Assembly (NCBI GenBank): GCA_051362555.1
Contig: CM120642.1
Span: forward strand, 23,622,001-23,686,000
Direction of reading: 5' to 3'
DNA length: 64,000 bases
Origin: Lingula anatina
Lineage: Eukaryota > Animalia > Brachiopoda
A program made the translations under genes and the position numbers. Position 1 is the stretch's first letter. Each line of letters opens with the position of its first letter. Of this stretch, positions 1 to 10,310 are shown one piece after another. Under the pieces are notes generated by a model. That model ran no database searches, was not told the DNA's origin, and saw only the letters and a list, made by a program, of their open reading frames with translations.

Positions 1-439
1 ATGTACAATGACTTGGGCTACAGTGCGTGGCCGCCCTTTGTCTAATGCAATCACATCAGTATCATCTACAACGGGACATAACGAGCCATGTTATTTTCAC
101 ACGCTACTCACAGTGACTTAAGCTACAGCATGTAGCTGCATACAGTATTATTTTAATGAACCATGACATTGAGTCGCTCACCTTACATCAGTGTTGTTCT
201 CTATAACATGTAATCAGGGGCGCAACACCCCCTCTCATTGCGAGCATGTCAATCAACAAAAATTTTGGTCCTTTTGCTTCCTTTTCTTCTTCTCTGAGCT
301 GGCAGGGCTCTCTATCACTCGTATCTCTGCCATACGGAGTCTATACTTCCTTTCTCTCATTTTAGAGCTACAGCATGGAACAACCTCCAGGCCTTCCAAC
401 ACTGGGGGAAGCTATCTACTGGGCCATGACATCGGGCCC

Positions 440-1275
440 CAGCACCCCATACAACACGTACCTGGCCCCTACAATGAACACGGGACACAGTACAACGGTG
501 AATGCAATACCTTGCCCCAGCACCACGTGATCTCACCCCCAGCAGCAGGACCCAGCACCTCGGTGATCGCGACATCCATCACCACCAGCGTGACCCCACC
601 CCAGCAGCAAGACCCACTGCCACGATAGCCACTACACCAGCTTCAATTCAACAAATCCAGGCCACAAAAAGGACGACAATGAGCCAACAACAGCCTCGCC
701 CTCTCCCCCAACCCCACTCCTCTCCATCAGGTTCTCAAGGGCACCCCTACTTCCAACACATGGAAAGTGTCTTAGCTCCCCCCAACCCAAGCCCAGCAAA
801 TAGGCTTCTGCGGGACAAACCTCCATCACTCCTATCCCTACCATGCCCTCCAAACAAACCCACCTCCCTCCTCCACTCGGCTAATCCAGGACAACGGAAA
901 CCCCCTTCCCTCCTCTCCCTTCACATACCAAGGCCAACCTCCCTCTCAGCCTTTGTTTAACCCAGAACAAACAAACGAAAACCTGCACTACAACTTGCCC
1001 ATGCTCCACACATCCGTCCCCCATCCCTCTTCACAATCCCATGCTCCCCCAAATTTGCCCCATCAAAACATGCCCCCCCCCTCCCCCAAATCACACTTTT
1101 AGCCACACCTTTTCGCAGGAGCCCAGACATGGACATCAGGTGACAGGTAAGAAAATTCCATCAACTACTATTGACCACCATATCAACACAAAATTGAGAA
1201 ACAAAATTTGGATGAATTCATATACTTACGAGAACTCCTTCCCCCAGACGCAAACATTCCTAGCAAAGAACCAGA
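440..1275 (+). pseudogene. Decayed ORF1 (gag-like) fragment of a DIRS/Ngaro tyrosine-recombinase retrotransposon
   Basis: Pro/Gln/Ser-rich low-complexity coding sequence followed by PSTTIDHHINTKLRNKIW and, after a frameshift, LRELLPP. This parallels the second fragment at 2930-3030 (HVPKTLREKIWAKEPIDMKSLLPP), a motif typical of DIRS-class ORF1. Boundaries approximate. Confidence 0.5.
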
Positions 1276-1297
1276 AACATGACTGGACTCTGGAATT

Positions 1298-1932
1298 TGC
1301 TGTCCATTCTCACAGGGATGAAATCCCAGAATTGCTTCAACTTGCCCAGATAGCTTTTACCCTTCCTTTGCATACTGAAGATGCACTGAATGTGCGGCGG
1401 AGGAAAAAGATATTACTTCATTAAGAAATGAAATCTCTTCTCAGTAGAGTGCTCATTAAGACTGTTTAATAAGTAGCATGTGAGGATAATTTCATTAATA
1501 TAACATTTTCTCAGTTTTGAGTAATCATGGTTTTCAGTTTTTAGAGATCTAGATTGTTTACCTCTTGTTGATGGTTTCATCAAATAAAAACCAATTACTG
1601 AAGAGTATGTACATGTTTTCTGATCATTTTGTTTTCTCATTTAGTCTTCAAATAAGTACAATAAAAAACTTGGCATTGTAATGATTTTATTGAAAAAGAC
1701 AGTTACTAAATAAAAGTCTTTACTAAATAAGTATATTAACATTAAGTTTAGCTGCAAAACCTTATCATATCATTCCCAAAAATATTGATACAGATATTTC
1801 AATTATATGAGTCATGTTTAAAAATGACCCATTAATTTCAAGCAATGGCCCCTTGATATGCAAAATGGCCCATTAAGGGTGGCCCAGGAGGGGTCATTGT
1901 CCCATGGGTGGTTTGAGCCTTCCCAATCACTG
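1298..1932 (+). mobile_element. 3' remnant of a hAT DNA transposon (dimerisation-domain fragment and right terminus)
   Basis: HSHRDEIPELLQLAQIAFTLPLHTED resembles the hAT C-terminal dimerisation motif. The segment ends in subterminal aatggccc repeats and CCCAATCACTG at 1932 (reverse complement CAGTG..., a hAT-like terminus). Confidence 0.5.
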
Positions 1933-2216
1933 GTTATATTAATAATTTATACTTTAATGCATTTTAATGCAAGATAATCTTGATTATTTCTAAAATATCT
2001 GCAATTAAGTTTTTCTTATGTAGACAGTATGGTCAGAATATAAAAGAAAAACAAAGGGGGAGAAATATGGCAAAGAAGATATTTTTAAAGATTTTTGTAC
2101 CAAAGTTCTCTTAAAACATGACCTGTCCGTCGGACAGCCCATCCTGTAACTTCACCTGTTCGAACTGAATTTTTACCTGTCCCGGACAGGCGGACAGATG
2201 CTAATGTCAAGCCCTG
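1933..2216 (+). mobile_element. Right end of a second hAT-like DNA transposon
   Basis: Subterminal cctgtcc/ggacag repeats at 2120-2200, ending in TGTCAAGCCCTG at 2216 (reverse complement CAGGGCTTGACA, a CAGGG hAT-type terminus). No matching left end in the window. Confidence 0.45.
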
Positions 2217-2279
2217 CTTATAGATGACACAATAAGCATGCCAGTTTCTGTGGATTATGCTGGGAAAAGTGGACAAAAT

Positions 2280-3830
2280 ATGAAGGAGAAGTTTATTAAA
2301 GATTTGAAAAACATTTAAATGTGCAAATGCTGCATAAAGTTAGAAAGGCCGGTGGAAAATGTATTAGTTACTCCTGATCCAAATGTAGTATGTGACAGCT
2401 ATTGTGAGAAGTGTTTCACAGAAGGTAATAAAAAAGCCTTTGAATTATTAATTGAAGACATAAAGATGGGCAACATTCACCCAGCTCTAGCAGTATTGAC
2501 TTGTTTACCTGACACTCTCCATGTAGGTAAAAGTTTGAAGTGCTCTTTTGCAAATTGGTTTATACAAGATACATGCGTTACATGGGTTACTCTGCCCCGA
2601 CCCAGCTACCTCCCACGCAAGGTAACATGGGTAACCCCGTACATCCTCAGATATATGACCAAACATCTACGTCGTCGCAGGGTAACATGAGTTTCTCTGC
2701 TCCAACCCACCCTCCTTTCCACAGGGTTACATGTCGCAGGATAACATGGGTTACTCATTCTTCAATCCCAGTCATACGGCCTCTCAGGGTTACATGGGTA
2801 ACTCTGCCTCCAACCAATCGCAGCTTCAGTCACCTGCTCACCTCATCCGCTCAGTACACACTGGCACACATCAGACCTATTCTAGAACAGGTGAGAGAAC
2901 AATTAAAATATCAATATAGGCCCCTCAAGGTAAGGGAAACTATTCCATATTAGATCAGCATGTCCCCAAGACCCTCAGGGAAAAAATCTGGGCCAAAGAA
3001 CCCATAGATATGAAGTCTCTTCTTCCCCCCCACCTTGAATATGCTATCTATGATGGAAATCTCAACATCCCATCAACTCGTACCACAGCCTAAAGTCAAC
3101 GATGACGGAAAGATATCATTTAAGATGGCCCCGATGGACAAGCGTTCTTCTCCCATCACGCCATATCAATGGCAATGCGCCTTCCACGTCTTTAGTGTCA
3201 TTTATTTGCAGCACTTCCCCACGGAAGCCGTGAGCCTCCTGCATTACGCGAATTGCATTCTTGAAATGCAGGCTAATAAATTTCCAAATTGGAGGCTATA
3301 CGATGAGAAGTTTAGAACCCAGCAAAACTCTATGGGATTCAGCTGGGACGACCCTAACGGAGTGCTACTAGCCGAGGTCACATTCATCTCGAAACAAGAG
3401 CAAGATCAAGTTCTCCAGACGAGTTCCAGACTTGGACAATCACAGGTCAAACCTGTCTGTGATACGAACATTGGGGAAAACCAATGCAAGGGAAACCCGT
3501 GATATTTTCCCTAAATTAATTAAAAATCAGGAAACTGTCAGAAATAAAGATCGTATGGCATGGGAGCCAATTCTTGATTTAACTAAACCTGAGGCATGCA
3601 GGATGCTACAAGACATTGGTCTGATCACGCACACTTTAATTCCTAAAAGATTCAGATTTACAGATGACAACAAAGTAGGAACATATCCCCATCCAGTTGC
3701 AGTAACAGATGGTGAAAATGGGTATCTTTACATGCTGGATTATCAACCTCTCACAAACACAAGCAAGCTCATTCAGCCTCAGATGCACAGGCCAGTACGA
3801 ACTTAAGTTTTGTTGTCAGATATTGAAGGG
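2280..3830 (+). pseudogene. Fragment of a putative P-element-like (DxxH motif) transposase gene, split by an insertion at about 2565-3431
   Basis: LPDTLHVGKSLKCSFANWFI (ORF 2319) appears to continue as LDNHRSNLSVIRTL...NKDRM (ORF 3432). DxxHxxK followed by a D-R-M motif is reminiscent of P-like transposases. Assignment is tentative. Confidence 0.35.
2570..3385 (+). pseudogene. Second decayed DIRS/Ngaro ORF1 (gag-like) fragment
   Basis: QGYMGYSAP-type repeats (cagggttacatgggt) at 2575-2810, then HVPKTLREKIWAKEPIDMKSLLPP, then WQCAFHVFSVIYLQHFPTEAVSLLHYANCI...WRLYDEKFR...SWDDPN. This matches the conserved W..AF..Y...P...LL.Y...W..YD..FR...W block of DIRS-class ORF1. Stops and frameshifts are present. 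Confidence 0.65.
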
Positions 3831-4125
3831 GAAATGCCTGTAGGAGGGCTGAATATTTGTACTCACAGTCGAGTCACGACTTCAGTCGTTAATTAGGTCA
3901 ACAATTTAAATGCCAGATCCCAACTATAGGCGGGCTGAAGATACGTTGTTAGAACTCGGCTGATTGGTCCTTTGAATGGAATACCCAGCATCTGTAATTA
4001 TTCTTGGCCAATTAGAACACGTTTTACGTAGAATATATTGATACATAGCTGTTCAAGTCTGAATAAATTATGAGCTAATTATAAAATTAGAGCGTGCTTT
4101 CTAGAACAAAGAAAGTTCAACAAAG

Positions 4126-4917
4126 ATGGCTGCTAATTTTGAATACGTTTTAGAAGATGAAAATTTTGATGCTCTTAGTGTCCGTGTTTCAATTCTTTGA
4201 AAGAAAGGGAAACGATTCAGATATTTATGTGGTTGATACAGGTGAATCGTCTGATTCAGATGATGACATGCCGCTCGCAAACTTTGTTCCCCTGGCACAG
4301 CTTGCAAAACATAAAAATTATGTGAACAACTCAGAGGAAGCATGGACGTTGGAATTAACACCAGTAAATGTCAGGGTATTTACAGGAAATCCGGGTCCAG
4401 TTACGGTGTATGATAACACAACATCTGAGATTGATTTTTTTCATCTTTTATTCAGTCCAGATTTTTAAGAGTCGATTGCACATGAAACCAACGAATACCC
4501 ACGGGTCTGTCAGGAAAAAAATGGCGTTGACAAGAAGTGGTCTCCAACAAATGCTGCGGAGATAAGGGCTTACACCTCTTTCATATTATTATGGGCATTG
4601 TTGTTGTGCTAAACCAGGACATGTATTTTACTTCTGATGCACTTTTTAAGCCCACGGGGATTACTGAATGGATAACAAGAAATCGCATGGACAAGGTCCA
4701 CCAGTATTTTCATATGTGTGACACTCGGCAAAATTCCTGGTCATGATAAACTGGCACACATCAGACCTATTCTAGAACAGGTGAGAGAACAATTAAAATA
4801 TCAATATAGGCCGCACCATGAGTGTTCCATAGATGAAGCCATGATAGCTTTTACTGGCAGACTATGATTTATACAATATGTTCCTATCAAGCCTACAAAG
4901 CAGGACATCAAAGTTTA
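4126..4917 (+). pseudogene. Truncated piggyBac transposase (PGBD4-like) pseudogene
   Basis: Acidic N-terminus (DSDDDMPLA), FTGNPGP...IDFFHLLF, ETN, IIMGI, HDKLAHIRPILE, SIDEAMIAFTGR and QYVPIKPTK.DIKV (first catalytic Asp region). Frameshifts and stops; truncated after KV. Confidence 0.85.
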
Positions 4918-5916
4918 CTTTATGAAACAGCTGACTGGCTTAGGGCACAAGCTGAAATTGATACATTCCTGAGGCAGGGCACCATAGCAATGTGACCTCT
5001 AGGGAGCAATGAGTTAGGAAGTCATGAGAACACAGCAACAAAGATCTGGAATATGGATGTAACTGGACTATCAAAGGTACAGAAGCATCTAACGTAAACA
5101 GAGAGAAAGCTAAAGGAGATTGAAAAAGGTAGAGGAGAGAAGGGAAACAACTGGAAAGAAGTGAATAAATAAAATGATAGAACATAAACTTTAAGGTCAC
5201 GTGGTCTTTACCTTGCATAACAACTATAGTGGAAGTGAATTCCATCATTCAATTTATAACAGGATCAAGTAATAACAACCCAAACCAGATGTGACTTCAA
5301 GCTTATAAGAAGCATTTTTCATATTATTTTTAACTACCTCTCTTACACACTGACTTAAACAGTCAAAATTTTATATTTTGTAATGATAGCATTGGCTGGG
5401 ATTAATGAAATTGTCATAAATGCTAATTTTACAGTTAAATACTTTATGTATACACGATAAATGCCATATTAAGATCTTTACATTTTTTTGTTTGTTCAGT
5501 AACAATATTTCTGATATGAAATGGCCGGACTTGATCCTATTGTTCTACATCCAGATACTGATCATGGTTACACGTGTGATAAGGTGGCATGGTTTTGGTG
5601 CAGACATTTCTAAATGTCTTTATTTAAGGCAAAGAAAAATTAAAGAATAAACATGAGTTTTTGCAATTCAACACCTCACTGTATTGCTCTTTGATAAATT
5701 TTGGGAGTTCAAACCTCCCTGTTGCAGTTTCTAAACACTAAATTGGGGAATGATGATCAAGTATTTTAAATTTCTATTAGCTGATGAAAATTATCCCCAG
5801 CACTTACCAAACATTCTTACTGGCAGTGTCAGCTTCAAGGAACATGAGAGAAACTTCTGGATTCTCAACACAGGACATGATATTAAGATTGCCATAGTAT
5901 CAACCACCAAACTTAA

Positions 5917-8900
5917 CTAGAGGATCAGAGAGGCGATACCGCCTCCAAATATTGTACCACCAGCTGGAGCAAACGCATTCGTATAGACCCCCACATACAC
6001 AAAATAAGGGACACAGCCACCAGTTTTGTGCTTGACAAGCTGTAAAAATGCAATCAACAAGAATTTTTTAACTATTGCAAAAAATATATATGGTACAATC
6101 AAATTTAAGTTCTTCGTAAGGTAGGTCAAGGGTCAATTTCAAGGTCACAGTAAATTGCCAGTATATGACTTCCTATTCAAGTTCAAGAGTAACTATGGAC
6201 CTATCTCTGTCAAGTTTGAAGTTAAAAGAGAAAGAAATTAGCAGAGTTCAGTTCATGATAAAAAGTAGGTCAAAGGTCAATTTCAAGGTCTCACTTAGAT
6301 TGCCAGTATAGGACTTCCTATTCAACTTCAATAGTAACTATGGACCTATCTCAGCCAGTTTTGGAGATAAAAGGGAAGCAAAATTTGCAAAATTCAGTTC
6401 ATGGTGAAAAGTAGGTCAAAGGTCAATTTCAAGGTCACATTTAGATTGCCAGTATATGACTTCCTTTTCAAGTTCAATAGTAACTATAGACCTATCTCAG
6501 CCAGTTTTGGAGATAAAAGGGAAGCAAAATTTGCAAAATTCAGTTCATGGTGTAAAGTAGGTCAAAGGTCAATTTAAAGGTCACATTTAGATTGTCAGTA
6601 TATGACTTCCTTTTCAAGTTCAATAGTAACTATGGACCTATCTCTGCCAGTTTTGGAGATAAAAGGGCAGAAAAGTTTGCAAAGTTCAGTTCATGGTGAA
6701 AAGTAGGTCAAAGGTCAATTTCAAGGTCACATTTAGATTGCCAGTATATGACTTCCTATTCAACTTCAATAGTAACTATAGACCTATCTCAGCCAGTTTT
6801 GGAGATAAAAGGGAAGCAAAATTTGCAAAATTCAGTTCATGGTGTAAAGTAGGTCAAAGGTCAATTTTAAGGTCACATTTAGATTGCCAGTATATGACTT
6901 CCTTTTCAAGTTCAATAGTAACTATGGACCTATCTCTGCCAGTTTTGGAGATAAAAGGGCAGAAAAGTTTGCAAAGTTCAGTTCATGGTGTAAAGTAGGT
7001 CAAAGGTCAATTTTAAGGTCACATTTAGATTGCCAGTATATGACTTCCTTTTCAAGTTCAATAGTAACTATGGACCTATCTCTGCCAGTTTTGGAGATAA
7101 AAGGGCAGAAAAGTTTGCAAAGTTCAGTTCATGGTGAAAAGAAGGTCAAAGTTCAATTTCAAGGTCACATTTAGATTGCCAGTATATGACTTCCTATTCA
7201 AGTTCAATAGTAACTATGGACCTATCTCTGCCAGTTTTGGAGATAAAAGGGAAGCAAAATTTGCAAAGTTCAGTTTATGGTGAAAAGTAGGTCAAAGGTC
7301 AATTTTAAGGTCACATTTAGATTGCCAGTATATGACTTCCTATTCAAGTTCAATAGTAACTACGGACCTATCTCAGCCAGTTTTGGAGATAAAAGGAAAG
7401 CAAAATTTGCAAAGTTCAGTTCATGGTGAAAAGTAGGTCAAAGGTCAATTTTAAGGTCACATTTAGATTGCCAGTATATGACTTCCTATTCAAGTTCAAT
7501 AGTAACTATGGACCTATCTCTGCCAGTTTTGGAGATAAAAGGGAAGCAAATTTTGCAAAGTTCAGTTTATGGTGAAAAGTAGGTCAAAGGTCAATTTTAA
7601 GGTCACATTTAGATTGCCAGTATATGACTTTCTATTCAATTCAATAGTAACTACGGACCTATCTCAGCCAGTTTTGGAGATAAAAGGAAAGCAAAATTTG
7701 CAAAATTCAGTTCATGGTGAAAAGAAGGTCAAAGGTCAATTTTAATGTCACATATAGATTGCCAGTATATGACTTCCTATTCAAGTTCAATAGTAACTAC
7801 GGACCTATCTCTGCCAGTTTTGGAGATAAAAGGGAAGCAAAATTTGCAAAGCTCAGTTTATGGTGAAAAGTAGGTCAAAGGTCAATTTTAAGGTCACATT
7901 TAGATTGCCAGTATATGACTTCCTATTCAAGTTCAATAGTAACTACGGACCTATCTCAGCCAGTTTTGGAGATAAAAGGAAAGCAAAATTTGCAAAATTC
8001 AGTTCATGGTGAAAAGTAGGTCAAAGGTCAATTTTAAGGTCACATTTAGATTGCCAGTATATGACTTCCTATTCAAGTTCAATAGTAACTATGGACCTAT
8101 CTCTGCCAGTTTTGGAGATAAAAGGGAAGCAAATTTTGCAAAGTTCAGTTTATGGTGAAAAGTAGGTCAAAGGTCAATTTTAAGGTCACATTTAGATTGC
8201 CAGTATATGACTTTCTATTCAATTCAATAGTAACTACGGACCTATCTCAGCCAGTTTTGGAGATAAAAGGAAAGCAAAATTTTCAAAATTCAGTTCAAGG
8301 TGAAAAGAAGGTCAAAGGTCAATTTTAATGTCACATATAGATTGCCAGTATATGACTTCCTATTCAAGTTCAATAGTAACTACGGACCTATCTCTGCCAG
8401 TTTTGGAGATTAAAGGAAAGCAAAATTTGCAAAATTCAGTTCATGGTGTAAAGTAGGTCAAAGGTCAATTTTAAGGTCACATTTAGATTGCCAGTATATG
8501 ACTTCCTATTCAAGTTCAATAGTAACTATGGACCTATCTCTGCCAGTTTTGGAGATAAAAGGGAAGAAAAATTTGCAAAGTTCAGTTCATGGTGAAAAGT
8601 AGGTCAAAGGTCAATTTCAAGGTCATAGTAAGATTGCCAGTATATGACTTCCTATTCAACTTCAATAGTAACTATGGACCTATCTCTGCCAGTTTTGGAG
8701 ATATAAGGGACTAGATGTTATAATTTTGGAGTTACCATAATGTGCCTTAAATTTCGTACAGAAAAAATTAATTAAAATAAAGAAAATGTCATTTTGGTCA
8801 AAATTCTTGAAATAGGAGGTGCTCTGAAGTTTCAGAAGTTCAAATTTGATGAAATAATGTCATTTTTGAACACAAGTTGTCTGCTTTGCCAAGTCTTATG

Positions 8901-9710
8901 TTTTATTTTTCCAGAGTTCAAAATTTATTATCCATTACCGTACTGCACATTTTGCTTTTACCACCAATATGTACTTTTTGATACAGCGTAACTCGAAAAC
9001 CGTATGGAATACAAAAAAACCCAGACCACCTCCAGTGTTGGGCTTTACATGCTCTACAAAATGCAAAAAAGAATGGGTCTCTAGCATTAACGGTTCCCAA
9101 ATTAGAGACAGTTTTCAGTTTCGGTATCTTATGGCCGCTACTCCCGTGAAAATGCACCGATTGACCCCAAATTCATGGAGATGAAAGATGACCTGAAGGG
9201 TAACACTTTCCAATAATATTATTGGTTAAGTCTGTGTGGTGTCTGAATAACAGGGCAAAAAAAATTTTTTTCGTAAAAAATTTCATTTTTTTGAAAATTT
9301 TGGCCCATTTGACCTTGAAGTAGAGGTCAAAGGTCAAATCCAAGGGTATATTTGAAATCTACACATATGACTTTTGGAAAGCCGTCTATAGAAATTTTTC
9401 CCATAACTCCTTCCGTAGGGTAGATAATTAGCATTTAATTTTGCCATTTTTAGACAAGGGTGCATTGCAATGAGTGTCACACCCAGACCCCAATACCGAC
9501 AAAGCCCAAATTTTACGTGGAACGAGTTGAGATTATAGGTGACCTAAATCCATGAGATGGGTACGGGGGCCCTTACCGTCTAGGAGAAGAAGCGGTAACG
9601 GTAGCCGTCCGGCGGAGCCGGCGGAGCCAACGGAGCCGGCGGAGCCGGCGGAACGATCCGGACGGGACCGAAACCATGTGTACCGCCAGCGCTAACGCTG
9701 GTGGTACAAT
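5917..9710 (-). mobile_element. Non-autonomous Helentron-type element (HINE/DINE-1-like), copy 1, with central satellite array
   Basis: Read on the minus strand: 5' subTIR ATTGTACCACCAGC (9697-9710) folding on its partial inverted copy (hairpin 9680-9707); 9-bp GC-rich minisatellite (about 9609-9652); central 146-bp tandem array; inverted 3' subTIR (5951-5964); GAGGCG-GTAT-CGCCTC hairpin (5930-5945); terminal CTAG (5917-5920). Inserted in an A/T run with no TSD. Confidence 0.8.
6121..8705. repeat. 146-bp tandem repeat array, about 17.7 copies
   Basis: GTAGGTCAAAGGTCA recurs at 6411, 6557, 6703, 6849 and onward to 8599 (period 146). Monomers are highly similar. Confidence 0.97.
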
Positions 9711-10275
9711 AACCGAACCTATTGTCTAAGTCGGCATACTACATGATTCAATGAGTTTTCTAAATAATAACCATTAACATGCATTTCTGACATGCAATAA
9801 AACTCATCACCTTGCTTATATCTCTCTTATATTCCTCATTCCGTAGCTTCGATTACTTTGAGCTGTGCAACTTCATGATATGGTTACCTTTATATATGAA
9901 CCTCTGTTCATTGGTGAAGGTGTAGATTGATAGTTCATAAAGTGTAGCTCTTTTCTTCAGGAAACTGGAGATCTTTATGGCAATGTCATTTGACATACTG
10001 GGGGTCACTTTCTTTCAGCTGTCCACTTGGGAATGTTGATGTGAGACCTCTTCATTCCTACTGGTCAACTGATTGGAATAACATCTTGGGGGGAAATGTT
10101 GTTTCCATCGAGGAGTTAGGGTGCAGCCTCTTCTTTTCATATTGCCTCAGTCCAGTTTTCATTTCACATTGCAGTCCCACTTTTTCTTCCATTAGTACAT
10201 ATGACATTTCCTGGTGCTTGGACCTCAATCTTTCTGTTGCTTACCCTTTTCTCAGTTGTTCACAGATATTTATCT

Positions 10276-10281
10276 TTTATT
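10276..10281 (-). terminator. Candidate polyadenylation signal (AATAAA) of XPR1
   Basis: AATAAA on the minus strand about 30 nt after the stop codon. Usage not verifiable from sequence. Confidence 0.3.
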
Positions 10282-10310
10282 AATATGCCTCCCTTTCAGA
10301 AACTGACCCA

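Noticed and set aside
5917-5965. Canonical Helitron1 assignment based on the CTAG end and hairpin
   Set aside because: No 5' TC end at an A|T target; subterminal inverted repeats and T-run insertion fit Helentron/HINE better.
6693-7174. ORFs in the 146-bp array, and repeated ORFs at 8794-9184, 12275-12964 and 13353-13781
   Set aside because: Chance frames in non-coding repeat sequence; the monomer is not a multiple of 3 and there are no Rep/helicase motifs.
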